Source: an uncultured Mollicutes bacterium (GTDB lineage: Bacteria; Bacillota_I; Bacilli_A; ML615J-28; CAG-313). From it: DNA of 62,865 bases. The stretch spans positions 1 through 62,865 of the forward strand of contig UQAI01000003.1 of assembly GCA_900538885.1 (NCBI GenBank), written 5' to 3'. The translations under genes were made by a program, and so were the position numbers. This document shows, piece after piece, positions 9,742 to 18,468 of this stretch; position 1 is the stretch's first letter; each line of letters begins with the position of its first letter. Below the pieces are notes generated by a model. It made no database searches and was not told where the DNA came from. It worked only from the letters and a program-made list of their open reading frames with translations.

Positions 9742-10704
9742 ATGTTAAAGACAATACTTATAATAGTGGGAATCATTCTGTTACTGCTAATTCTATTATT
9801 ACTTGTAGGAGCGATTATCGTTTTTAGATATTGTTATAAACGTTTCCCCGATAATAAAATTGATGATTATGATGAAAAAATAAGAATAAGAGATCCTGAA
9901 TGCATTGAAGTAAGAGATATGTTGCGTAATATGCCTCATGAGACGCTTACCATAACAGGTTCTGATGGTCTTAAAGTTATAGGCTATTTTTATAAACGTA
10001 ATCCAAATAATACCAAATTGGTTATCCTTAGTCATGGTTGGAAAGGTCAAGCTTTACGAGATTGTGTTTTATATTCTAGATTTTATTTTGAACGTGATGA
10101 TTTTGATGTTTTAGTCGTTACCCATTTAGGCCATTATCCAAGTGAAGGAAGATATATAGGTTTTGGAGCCTTAGATGGGTATAACATTAAATTATGGGTT
10201 GATGAAGTTAATAAAATGTGGCCCCACAAATACGATATTTACCTTCATGGTGTATCGATGGGAGCGAATGCTGTTATGATGTCCGCTAAATTTGGACTTG
10301 ATGAATCTGTAAAAGGAATTATCGAAGATTGTGGTTTTACAAGTGGTTATGAACAAATGTGCCATGTTTGTAAAGCTAAATTCCATATTCCGAGTTTTGT
10401 TCTTATGCCAATTGTTAGATTATTTGTTAAAATAATGGTTAAATATGATTGTAAGAAAGAAAATACAATAGAAGCTTTAACACATACAAATATTCCTATT
10501 TTATTTATTCATGGTGACAACGACAATTATGTGCCAACTTGGATGACACTTAAAAATTATGAATTATATGAAGGTCCAAAAGAGTTGATGATAGTTAAAG
10601 GTGCTGCTCACGCGAAAAGTTATCGTACTGATCGAAACGCATATGTTAATAAGGTTATAGATTTTTGCTATAGATATGAATCAAAAAAGAAGCAAAATGG
10701 GTGA
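9742..10704 (+). CDS. Membrane-anchored alpha/beta-fold hydrolase
   Basis: It has an N-terminal TM helix, the GVSMGA nucleophile elbow (GxSxG), and a late HGDNDNYVP / AAHA acid-His region. Confidence 0.75.
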   Translation: MLKTILIIVGIILLLLILLLLVGAIIVFRYCYKRFPDNKIDDYDEKIRIRDPECIEVRDMLRNMPHETLTITGSDGLKVIGYFYKRNPNNTKLVILSHGWKGQALRDCVLYSRFYFERDDFDVLVVTHLGHYPSEGRYIGFGALDGYNIKLWVDEVNKMWPHKYDIYLHGVSMGANAVMMSAKFGLDESVKGIIEDCGFTSGYEQMCHVCKAKFHIPSFVLMPIVRLFVKIMVKYDCKKENTIEALTHTNIPILFIHGDNDNYVPTWMTLKNYELYEGPKELMIVKGAAHAKSYRTDRNAYVNKVIDFCYRYESKKKQNG

Positions 10705-10782
10705 TTAACTTACCGCTTAATATTGTTTAATAGTAGCATTTTTTGTTATTTTATGGTAAAATGTAAAGAGGAGTTGATATCA

Positions 10783-11721
10783 ATGAAACATTGCTTCATA
10801 ATAAATCCATTTGCAGGTAGACATGATTCCACAAAAGATTTAGAAGAAAAATTAGAAAAAATATTTGAAAATAGGAGCGATACCTACGAAATTTATGTAA
10901 CCACTGGTCCTAATGATGCGACTATTGAAATAAAAAAACGTTGTATTGCGAATGAAACAAAAGAAAAACCAGAAGATATTACTTTTTACATTTGTGGCGG
11001 AGATGGAACTTGTTTTGAAGCAATTAATGGAATTGTCGGATATCCTCATGCTCGTATGACAATTGTACCAGTTGGATCTTGTAATGATTTTTTGAAAAGT
11101 TATCCAGAATGTGATTTTTCAATTATTGAAAATTTAATAGATGGTGAAGAAAAAACAATAGATGTTTTAAAGGTTAATGACCGTTATTCACTAAATGTCG
11201 CTAACATAGGTTATGATGCGAAAGTTAATTATGACTGTGTTCGTTTTAGATATAAATATAAAACGGTTAAACAATCCTACAATCACGCCATAATTAGAAA
11301 TATTTTAAAACCCCTTGGTGATATGGTTAAAATAACAACTGATAATAATGAAATATTATTTAATAAAAAAGCGTTATTAATTGTTGTGGCAAATGGCCAG
11401 TATTATGGTGGTGGTTTCAGATGTGCACCTTATGCTATATGTGATGATGGACTACTTGATATTGTAGTTGTAAAAAAAGTTAATATTTTAACTTTTGCTA
11501 GACTTATCAAATACTATAAGATTGGTGAACATCTTGCCAATTCTAAATTTAACAATATTATTACTTACGGAAAAAGTCAAAAAGTTACAATTGAAAGTGA
11601 TGATTTGCTTTGCTTATGTTTGGATGGGGAAACTTTCCATATGAATAAAATAGAAATAGAAAGTGTGCCTAATGCGGTAAGGTTTGTATTTCCTAGAGTA
11701 AAAAGTAAAAATAAAGCATAG
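10783..11721 (+). CDS. Diacylglycerol/lipid kinase family protein (YegS/DagK-like)
   Basis: IINPFAGRH and the GGDGT motif identify the family. An AAAGAGGAG RBS precedes ATG 10783. The 20-codon extension in the track (from 10723) has no RBS. Confidence 0.8.
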   Translation: MKHCFIINPFAGRHDSTKDLEEKLEKIFENRSDTYEIYVTTGPNDATIEIKKRCIANETKEKPEDITFYICGGDGTCFEAINGIVGYPHARMTIVPVGSCNDFLKSYPECDFSIIENLIDGEEKTIDVLKVNDRYSLNVANIGYDAKVNYDCVRFRYKYKTVKQSYNHAIIRNILKPLGDMVKITTDNNEILFNKKALLIVVANGQYYGGGFRCAPYAICDDGLLDIVVVKKVNILTFARLIKYYKIGEHLANSKFNNIITYGKSQKVTIESDDLLCLCLDGETFHMNKIEIESVPNAVRFVFPRVKSKNKA

Positions 11722-11739
11722 TTTGAAGCTATGCTTTTT
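11713..11739 (+). terminator. Rho-independent terminator
   Basis: The stem AAAGCATAG/CTATGCTTT overlaps the TAG stop and is followed by a T-run. Confidence 0.7.
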
Positions 11740-11823
11740 AGTCAATTTAGAATTGATTCATAGTGATTGCTTTTAAATAGGATAAATAGTATAATGATGA
11801 TATAAAAATTAGAGAGGGTTACT

Positions 11824-12455
11824 ATGAAAAAATTGAGAAACTAATTGATTTAGGTGTAAACCTTAATATCTATGATTATCAAAATGAATGTACACCACTT
11901 ACGGGACTCTACAAGACTAAACGTGATGACATTGATAAAGTTGCGATTTTCCTTTTATCAAGAGGTGCTAACCTTAACGAACTTTCAATAATCAATTCAG
12001 CATCATATGATCAAAATACAAAAATATTAACTGTTGATGTATGCGCAATAGATGAAGCACCGAGATTTGTGTATCATTTAAGTGAAAATGTTGTAGGTTA
12101 CATTATAGATAATAATTCACTAGAAGATAAAACTCGATTCGTTACAATTGCTTTTGAAGGAATATATTTATCACTGTATGAAGAACAACAAAATAACATG
12201 GTGGAGATAATGGAAAATATGGAACTTTTAGATAGTTATGTTGACATAATTTTAAAACTTATTTCAATAGATATCAATGCTTCAGGACTTGAAGTAAGAG
12301 AATCACTAGAATCATTTTACTTAATTTTTAGCAGTATATTATCAAATATTGATGAAAAATATTTGACTAGCAAAATAGTAATAGATGATATTAGAGTATT
12401 GAAATCAATCTTGAAAAGTATTGAGGAAATAATAACAGTAAACCCATGTGACTAA
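11824..12455 (+). pseudogene. Ankyrin-like repeat protein gene interrupted by a 1-nt frameshift in an A6 run just after the start codon
   Basis: An AGAGAGGG RBS precedes ATG 11824, which reads MKKLRN-stop. The frame beginning at 11826 is open and reads EKIEKLIDLGVNLNIYDYQNECTPL...SRGANLNEL, continuous with track ORF 12069-12455. One extra A in the run 11827-11832 would restore a ~210-aa ORF. Confidence 0.55.
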
Positions 12456-12487
12456 CATAAAAAAGTATTTTAATTAATGAAATTTAT

Positions 12488-12513
12488 GCAACACTAATTT
12501 GGTGTTGCTTTTT
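12488..12513 (+). terminator. Rho-independent terminator
   Basis: The stem GCAACAC/GTGTTGC has a 7-nt loop and is followed by TTTTT. Confidence 0.75.
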
Positions 12514-12558
12514 GCATTATTTTGAAAGTTTTGACATATAATTTGGTGAGGTAATGAT

Positions 12559-13728
12559 ATGAAAAAAATAAGATTTATTATGAAAAGTATGTTATGCGGA
12601 TTAGTCATCGTAGGTTTGTTATTTATAAAAAGTATGAAAAATACAAAAGCCGATGAAGAACTAGTGAAATATGCGAAAAGTGCCATTTTAATAGAAGTAG
12701 AAACAGGTACTATTTTATATGAATATAATGCACATGAAAGATATGAACCAGCTAGTATGACTAAAATAATGACAATGAAACTAGTATTAGATGCACTAGC
12801 ATCAAAAAGAATTGAAAAAAATCAAATGTTAGCTACAAGTGAAAACGCCAAAAGCAAGGGTGGTACTCAAATATATTTAGAAGTTGGCGAAAAAATGAAG
12901 GTAGAAGATTTGTTTAAAGCCATGGTTATCGCATCTGCAAATGACGCCGCAACAACTCTTGCGGAAGGAATAAGTGGAAGTGAACAATTTTTTGTTTCAC
13001 AAATGAATAATGAAGTAAAAAAACTAGGGCTTAAGAATACCCATTTTAGTAATGTTACAGGCCTTCCAACTGAAAACCATTATAGTTCAAGTTATGATAT
13101 GGCAATGATTGCTCGTAATCTACTAGTTAAATATGAAAATGAAATAATACCATATACAAGCAAATATGAAGACTATGTAAGAGAAGATTCGGATAAACCT
13201 TTCTGGCTGGTTAACACTAACAAACTAATTAAACATGCTGAAGGGGTCGATGGCTTAAAAACGGGATGGACAGAAAGTGCAGGTTACTGCTTGACTTGTA
13301 CGAAGAAAAAAGATGGCATGCGTTTAATTTCAGTGGTAATGAATGCCGATACTGTTCAACATCGCAGTGAAGATACTTTATCACTACTAAATTATGGCTT
13401 TGCAACATATGAAAAAATGGTAATAGTGCCTAAAAATACAGAAGTAAAAAAAGATAAAAATATTTTACTTGATCCTTCAGCTTATAATATAATTACAAGT
13501 AATAGTGTTGTTAAAATTATAAAGAAAAATACTAAACTAAATAATCCTAGAATAGAAATTGAGTATGATATTGAAAAAATTAACAACTTGAACCAATATA
13601 ATATCGGTAAAATGAAAGTATATGTTGATAATGAATTAATTGGTGAGGCATCTTTAGAACTAGAAAAAACGCCAAAGAAAAATTCTTTTATTAATGTACT
13701 GCGATTAATAATTAAACAAATATTTTAA
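12559..13728 (+). CDS. dacF: D-alanyl-D-alanine carboxypeptidase (PBP5/DacF-like, signal peptide)
   Basis: The SxxK motif (ASMTKIMT), SAND (SxN) and KTGWT (KTG) are present. The gene sits directly upstream of spoIIAA-spoIIAB-sigF, as dacF does in Bacillus. Confidence 0.8.
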   Translation: MKKIRFIMKSMLCGLVIVGLLFIKSMKNTKADEELVKYAKSAILIEVETGTILYEYNAHERYEPASMTKIMTMKLVLDALASKRIEKNQMLATSENAKSKGGTQIYLEVGEKMKVEDLFKAMVIASANDAATTLAEGISGSEQFFVSQMNNEVKKLGLKNTHFSNVTGLPTENHYSSSYDMAMIARNLLVKYENEIIPYTSKYEDYVREDSDKPFWLVNTNKLIKHAEGVDGLKTGWTESAGYCLTCTKKKDGMRLISVVMNADTVQHRSEDTLSLLNYGFATYEKMVIVPKNTEVKKDKNILLDPSAYNIITSNSVVKIIKKNTKLNNPRIEIEYDIEKINNLNQYNIGKMKVYVDNELIGEASLELEKTPKKNSFINVLRLIIKQIF

Positions 13729-13754
13729 TTATATTTTAATTTCTATTTAAATGT

Positions 13755-13795
13755 AACAAACTAATTGTTAAAATTGGTTTGTTTTTTCTTTTTGT
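13755..13795 (+). terminator. Rho-independent terminator after dacF
   Basis: A 12-bp stem AACAAACTAATT/AATTGGTTTGTT (one G-U pair) is followed by TTTTCTTTTT. Confidence 0.65.
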
Positions 13796-13859
13796 ATATT
13801 ATCTGACAAAGTGTGAGTGTTCGAAAAATGTAATAAAATAGCAGAATGAATAAGACTTA

Positions 13860-13888
13860 TTGAATATTGGTATATAGTTTGGTACAAT
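13860..13888 (+). promoter_or_regulatory. Sigma-A-like promoter upstream of spoIIAA
   Basis: TTGAAT (13860-13865), a 17-nt spacer, then TACAAT (13883-13888) with a TG extended -10 (TGGTACAAT). Confidence 0.5.
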
Positions 13889-13905
13889 ATTTAAGGGGTG
13901 TAAAA

Positions 13906-14256
13906 ATGGCATTAAATATGCAAATGGCAATAAGAAAAAATCGCTTATTTATTAGATTAAGCGGTGAACTTGATCAATCGGTAACCGAAAACTTAAAAAT
14001 TCGGGTAAGTGAGATTATAGATAAATACATGATTAAACATTTAATTATAAATTTTGAAAAAGTAGCATTTATGGATAGTAGTGGAATAGGATTTATAATA
14101 GGTAGATTTTCACAAATAAGAAAAAGAAACGGAAAAATAGTAATTTGCTCAATGAATGAAATAATAAGCAGAATTGTTGCTTTATCGGGACTCAAAAAAA
14201 TATGTATGATTGCTTCAAACGAACAAGAAGCTGAAAATTATTTGGAGGTAGCATAA
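13906..14256 (+). CDS. spoIIAA: Anti-sigma-F factor antagonist SpoIIAA (STAS domain)
   Basis: It is a 116-aa STAS protein (FMDSSGIGFIIGR) with an AAGGGGTG RBS before ATG 13906. It overlaps the next gene by TAATG. Confidence 0.85.
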   Translation: MALNMQMAIRKNRLFIRLSGELDQSVTENLKIRVSEIIDKYMIKHLIINFEKVAFMDSSGIGFIIGRFSQIRKRNGKIVICSMNEIISRIVALSGLKKICMIASNEQEAENYLEVA

Positions 14257-14690
14257 TGTATAATGAATTAAAAACTAGTTTTCTAGCCCGTAATGAAAAT
14301 GTTTTACTTGCTAGAACAATTACAACTGCTTTTTTGGTAGAGTTAAACTTACCAATTAGCACAGTTAATGAACTTAAAACGATTGTATCAGAAGCCGTAA
14401 CTAATGCGATTGTTCACGGGTATTTGAATGATAGTTCAAAAAAGGTAGAATTAAATCTACGCTTTGATTTAGAAAATATTTATATCGAAGTAGTTGACTA
14501 CGGAATAGGAATAAAAGACATTGAAAAAGCAAAAGAACCATTATTTAGTACAAAAATAGATGAAGAAAGGGCAGGCCTTGGCTTTACAATAATGGAAGTA
14601 TTCACAGATAGATTAGATGTAACATCACGAGTTAATGAGGGCACTAAGGTATTAATGGTAAAAAAATATCATGAACAAGGTGAATACTAG
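14256..14690 (+). CDS. spoIIAB: Anti-sigma-F factor / serine protein kinase SpoIIAB
   Basis: HATPase N-box EAVTNAIVHG, G1 DYGIGI and G2 GLGFTIM. The protein is 144 aa. Confidence 0.9.
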   Translation: MYNELKTSFLARNENVLLARTITTAFLVELNLPISTVNELKTIVSEAVTNAIVHGYLNDSSKKVELNLRFDLENIYIEVVDYGIGIKDIEKAKEPLFSTKIDEERAGLGFTIMEVFTDRLDVTSRVNEGTKVLMVKKYHEQGEY

Positions 14691-15216
14691 TCAATATGAG
14701 TTTTTAGTTGAATCTAACCAGCGATTAGTTTATAAAATTGCAAGGCGATTCAAGGTAAGTTCGTTTGATTATGATGATTTAGTTCAAGCAGGAATGATGG
14801 GACTATTTAATGCGGCGAAAAACTTTGATGTTACTAAAGGGGCAAAGTTTTCCACATATGCTACCTACTGTATTATAGGAGCTATTAAGGATGAACTTGA
14901 AAAACGTAGTTTAATTAAAACTAGCAAATACTATAAGAATCTAACTTCATCAAATGAAAAATCAATAGATCAAACAGATAGTTTAGTTGCGAGAGAATAT
15001 TATCAAGTTGAACTAAAAGAGGATATGAATGATATCGCTGGAAATTACTTAAATTTAGATGCATTTAATTTTACGACTATGGAAAAGGAATTATTAAAAC
15101 TTCGTTTAGAAAATCGATATAGTCAAGTTGAAATTGCGAAGGAACTTGCAATAAGTCAAAGCAAAGTTAGTAGAATGCTTAAAGAAATGCGTGAGAAAAT
15201 TACCATCACTAAATAA
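14671..15216 (+). CDS. sigF: Sporulation sigma factor F-like protein, unusually compact (181 aa)
   Basis: Sigma-70 region 2 (DLVQAGMMGLFNAAKNFD, FSTYATYCIIGAI) and the region 4 HTH (YSQVEIAKELAISQSKVSRMLK) are present. It sits third in the spoIIA operon and overlaps spoIIAB by 20 nt. Confidence 0.7.
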   Translation: MNKVNTSQYEFLVESNQRLVYKIARRFKVSSFDYDDLVQAGMMGLFNAAKNFDVTKGAKFSTYATYCIIGAIKDELEKRSLIKTSKYYKNLTSSNEKSIDQTDSLVAREYYQVELKEDMNDIAGNYLNLDAFNFTTMEKELLKLRLENRYSQVEIAKELAISQSKVSRMLKEMREKITITK

Positions 15217-15229
15217 TATTGCATATATG

Positions 15230-15272
15230 TTGACTTTTACATATAATTATGTATAATATATGCGTATATATT
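15230..15272 (+). promoter_or_regulatory. Promoter plus candidate ArsR-type operator
   Basis: TTGACT (15230-15235), a 16-nt spacer, then TATAAT (15252-15257). An 18-bp imperfect palindrome AATATATGC/GTATATATT (15255-15272) overlaps the -10. Confidence 0.55.
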
Positions 15273-15289
15273 CATATGTGAGGTATAAC

Positions 15290-15589
15290 ATGAATAAAAA
15301 CACGTTAAATGAAAATGATATTTATGAATTATCAGAGTTTTATAAGAATTTATCCGATTTTTCACGAGTAAAAATTATTACATCATTATTAAAAGGGGAA
15401 AAATGTGTACAAGACATTGCAAAAGATGTTGACATGAGTCAAACGGCTGTTTCATATCAATTGAGAATCTTACGCCATGCTAGACTTGTTAAAACAAGAA
15501 GAGATGGTAAAATGATATTTTATTCAATTGTAGATGAACATGTTTTGCAAATACTAGAAATTACAATAGAACATTTAGAACATTTATAG
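15290..15589 (+). CDS. ArsR/SmtB-family metalloregulatory repressor
   Basis: It has a winged HTH (VQDIAKDVDMSQTAVSYQLRILRHARLV) and a GTGAGGT RBS before ATG 15290. It sits directly upstream of the metal ATPase. Confidence 0.85.
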   Translation: MNKNTLNENDIYELSEFYKNLSDFSRVKIITSLLKGEKCVQDIAKDVDMSQTAVSYQLRILRHARLVKTRRDGKMIFYSIVDEHVLQILEITIEHLEHL

Positions 15590-15598
15590 GAGTAAATT

Positions 15599-18061
15599 AT
15601 GCAGTATACATTTAAAGTTAAGGAACTTAAATGCCCTGATTGTGCAAGCTTGCTAGCTACAAACTTACAAAAAATCGAGTATATTAAAGAAGTAAACATT
15701 AATTATGACCGTAAAAAAATTTCAATTGAAGGCCGTAGAAATTTAACAGAAGATGAAGTTAAGATGATTTTATCTACAGTTGTAAACTTAAGCAAATGTC
15801 CATTTCATCAGAATGGTAAAGTTGTAGCTTCAAAAAAGCAAAAGCATCACGAACATAAACATGAACATGCTCATTGTGATTGTTGCGAGCATGAACATAA
15901 TCATGAACATGATGAAAAATGCAATAATTGCACAAAGTATGAAAATGCAAATTCTGACAATAAAGAATTAGGGCCTAATATGGCTATTGATGAGTATATG
16001 TTTGAAAACATTGATTGTCCAAATTGTGCCCTAAAAGTTGAAAGAGCTCTAAATAAATGCAATGACATTATAGATGCAAAAGTTAATTTTGTTAATAAAA
16101 AAATCATTATTACACATCGTAATAACGTTGAAGTTTATGAAACTGTTTGTAAGGAAGTTAAGAAAATCGAAAGTGAAGCAGTAGTTTTAAAGAATAAGAC
16201 TGAAAAAACTAAAAAATCTAAAGTAAGTTTAATTTTATTTATTGTGTCAGTTGCATTATTTATTGCGGCTTCATTGTACTGGATTATCGGAAAAGATGAA
16301 AATTTCTATATGTATATTATATTTGGAGTTATTTATTTCTTAATTGGATATAAAGTACTATATGAATCATTCAAAAACATCATTCACGGTCAAATATTTG
16401 ATGAAAACTTTCTAATGTTGATAGCCTCAGTTGGTGCATTTATTAACAGAGAACCAATCGAAGCTATTATGGTTATCTTATTATATCGTATTGGTGAAAA
16501 GATTCAATCTCGTGCAATCGATAAATCAACAAAGTCAATTCAAGGTCTTATGGAATTAAAAGTAGATAAGGCAACTCTTGAAAGCGGTGAAGTAGTTGAA
16601 TTAAAAGACGTCCATGTTGGTGATATAATCGTTGTTAAGGTTGGGGAAAAAGTTCCTCTTGATGGCGTTGTAATTGATGGTAATACTACCCTTGACACCA
16701 AGTGTTTAACTGGTGAATCATTGCCAAGTGAAATTAATATTGGTGATGAAGTATTATCAGGTTGCATTAATTTAACTAAAGTAATTAAAGTTAGAGTTAC
16801 GGCAGTAGAAAGTGATTCAACAATCAGTAAAGTTGTTAAATTAATAGATGAAGCAAGTAATAAAAAATCAAAGACAGAGAAATTTATTACTAAATTTGCA
16901 AGAATCTATACGCCAATTGTTCTTGTTGCAGCGGTAGTTACAGGTCTTGTGATGAAATTTGCATTAAATATTTCTAATGCTGAAACTATTAATACTGTTT
17001 TAGTTTTCTTAACGGTATCTTGCCCTTGTGCGCTTGTAATTTCAGTTCCTCTTGGTTTCTTTAGTGGTATCGGTAGAGCTTCAAGTGAAGGCATTCTAGT
17101 TAAAGGTGGAAATTATTTAGAATATTTAAGTAAAACTAAATCATTTGTATTTGATAAAACTGGAACATTATCAGAAGGAAACTTTGTTGTTGATGAAATT
17201 AATGTTTTTGGCGGCTACACATATGATAAATTATTAGAGATAACCGCAACAATTGAATCATTCTCAAATCATCCAATTGCAAAATCAGTTGTTACTGCTT
17301 ATCATGGTGATATTAATCAAGATAGAGTTACTGATCTTCAAGAACTTGCCGGTTTTGGCTTAGCTGCTAATTTTGAAGGTAAGAAAGTTTTAATCGGTAA
17401 TGAACGTTTAATGAAGGAAAATAAGATTGACTATGTTCTTGAAACATGCCCAGGATCCGTTGTTTATATTGCGGTTGATGGCGAATTTGTTGGTAGTATT
17501 GTAGTTATTGATGAACTTAAACCTAGAGCTAAAGAAACAATTGAATATTTACGTTCTCAAAGTATTAATACTACAATTTTAAGTGGAGATAGTGAAACAA
17601 TTGTGAATAGTGTTAAGAAAAAATTAGGTGTTGATGAAGCATATGCAAAATTATTACCTAACGAAAAACTTGATATTTTAAGTGATAAACTAAAACAAAA
17701 TAAATCGATTGTTTATGTTGGCGATGGTATCAATGATACACCAAGTTTAAAAATGGCAACTGTTGGTATAGCTATGGGTGCTAAAGGTAGTGATATTGCG
17801 AAAACTGCAGCTGATGTTGTTATTATGAATGATGATATTGGTAAAGTAATTGATGCAATTGCTATTTCTAAGAAAACAATGAAAATTATTTATGAAAACA
17901 TCATTGTGGCCATAGTAATCAAAGTTGGTGTTCTTGTTTTAAGTACTTTACAACTTCTAGGTTCGTATGGTATGTTAATTGGTGTATTATCAGATGTAGG
18001 CCTATGTTTACTTGCAATCTTAAATACACTTAGAATCATTAAAAAGACAAAGAAGTATTAG
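15599..18061 (+). CDS. Heavy-metal-translocating P1B-type ATPase (Zn/Cd/Co-type)
   Basis: Two N-terminal HMA-like domains carry CPDC and CPNC. A His/Cys-rich linker (HHEHKHEHAHCDCCEHEHNHEHDEKC) joins them. The TM CPC motif (SCPCAL), DKTGT and GDGINDTP are all present. Confidence 0.9.
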   Translation: MQYTFKVKELKCPDCASLLATNLQKIEYIKEVNINYDRKKISIEGRRNLTEDEVKMILSTVVNLSKCPFHQNGKVVASKKQKHHEHKHEHAHCDCCEHEHNHEHDEKCNNCTKYENANSDNKELGPNMAIDEYMFENIDCPNCALKVERALNKCNDIIDAKVNFVNKKIIITHRNNVEVYETVCKEVKKIESEAVVLKNKTEKTKKSKVSLILFIVSVALFIAASLYWIIGKDENFYMYIIFGVIYFLIGYKVLYESFKNIIHGQIFDENFLMLIASVGAFINREPIEAIMVILLYRIGEKIQSRAIDKSTKSIQGLMELKVDKATLESGEVVELKDVHVGDIIVVKVGEKVPLDGVVIDGNTTLDTKCLTGESLPSEINIGDEVLSGCINLTKVIKVRVTAVESDSTISKVVKLIDEASNKKSKTEKFITKFARIYTPIVLVAAVVTGLVMKFALNISNAETINTVLVFLTVSCPCALVISVPLGFFSGIGRASSEGILVKGGNYLEYLSKTKSFVFDKTGTLSEGNFVVDEINVFGGYTYDKLLEITATIESFSNHPIAKSVVTAYHGDINQDRVTDLQELAGFGLAANFEGKKVLIGNERLMKENKIDYVLETCPGSVVYIAVDGEFVGSIVVIDELKPRAKETIEYLRSQSINTTILSGDSETIVNSVKKKLGVDEAYAKLLPNEKLDILSDKLKQNKSIVYVGDGINDTPSLKMATVGIAMGAKGSDIAKTAADVVIMNDDIGKVIDAIAISKKTMKIIYENIIVAIVIKVGVLVLSTLQLLGSYGMLIGVLSDVGLCLLAILNTLRIIKKTKKY

Positions 18062-18081
18062 GGTTTCCTAATGCTTTTTTT
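18055..18081 (+). terminator. Rho-independent terminator
   Basis: The stem GTATTAGG/CCTAATGC has a GTTT loop and is followed by TTTTTTT. Confidence 0.7.
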
Positions 18082-18101
18082 ATACATTTGCTTTTCAAAA
18101 G

Positions 18102-18110
18102 TGGTATAAT
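18102..18110 (+). promoter_or_regulatory. Extended -10 promoter element TGGTATAAT
   Basis: A perfect TGnTATAAT lies 26 nt upstream of ATG 18136. The -35 is weak. Confidence 0.45.
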
Positions 18111-18135
18111 AGTTTGGAATTTATGGAGGTATTAT

Positions 18136-18468
18136 ATGCAATTATTTATTGTTGTATTAACAGAAGATGTTTATGTGTCTTCAATATTAAAGAAATTTTC
18201 AGACAACAATTACCATGGAACAGTACTTTCAACTAAAAGTATCAGACATGCGTTAATGGATTCAATCGAACCTGAACCTTACTTTGGTGGTCTTACAAAA
18301 GTAGTAGAAGGTAAAGAAGTTGCACGTCCTATGATTTTTGTTGTTGTAAAGAAAGATGAAGAAATTAAAAAATTAAGTGGACTTGTAAAAGAAGTAGTAG
18401 GAGGAATTAAAGGTAAAGGATTTATGTATTCATTACCTATAAGTTATTTGGAAGGACTTGACGAATAA
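18136..18468 (+). CDS. Small (110 aa) PII/DarA-like protein of unknown function
   Basis: A GGAGGT RBS precedes ATG 18136. The N-terminus MQLFIVVLTEDVYVSSILKKFSDNNYHGTVLST has the beta-alpha-beta pattern of PII-like proteins. Its stop overlaps the next start (TAATG). Confidence 0.5.
   Translation: MQLFIVVLTEDVYVSSILKKFSDNNYHGTVLSTKSIRHALMDSIEPEPYFGGLTKVVEGKEVARPMIFVVVKKDEEIKKLSGLVKEVVGGIKGKGFMYSLPISYLEGLDE

Noticed and set aside
12531-12542. TTGACATATAAT upstream of dacF looks like fused -35 and -10 consensus hexamers.
   Set aside because: With no spacer it cannot work as a sigma-A promoter. A GCATT-N16-CATATAA reading as a sigma F/G-type promoter is possible, but the spacing and the -10 are off consensus, so I did not list it as a feature.
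12474-12686. A 70-aa minus-strand ORF across the dacF start and the upstream terminator. A similar 80-aa ORF lies at 40016-40258 across the ABC-F promoter and start.
   Set aside because: They span terminator and promoter sequences of + strand genes and overlap those genes' signal peptides or starts. They are AT-rich chance ORFs.
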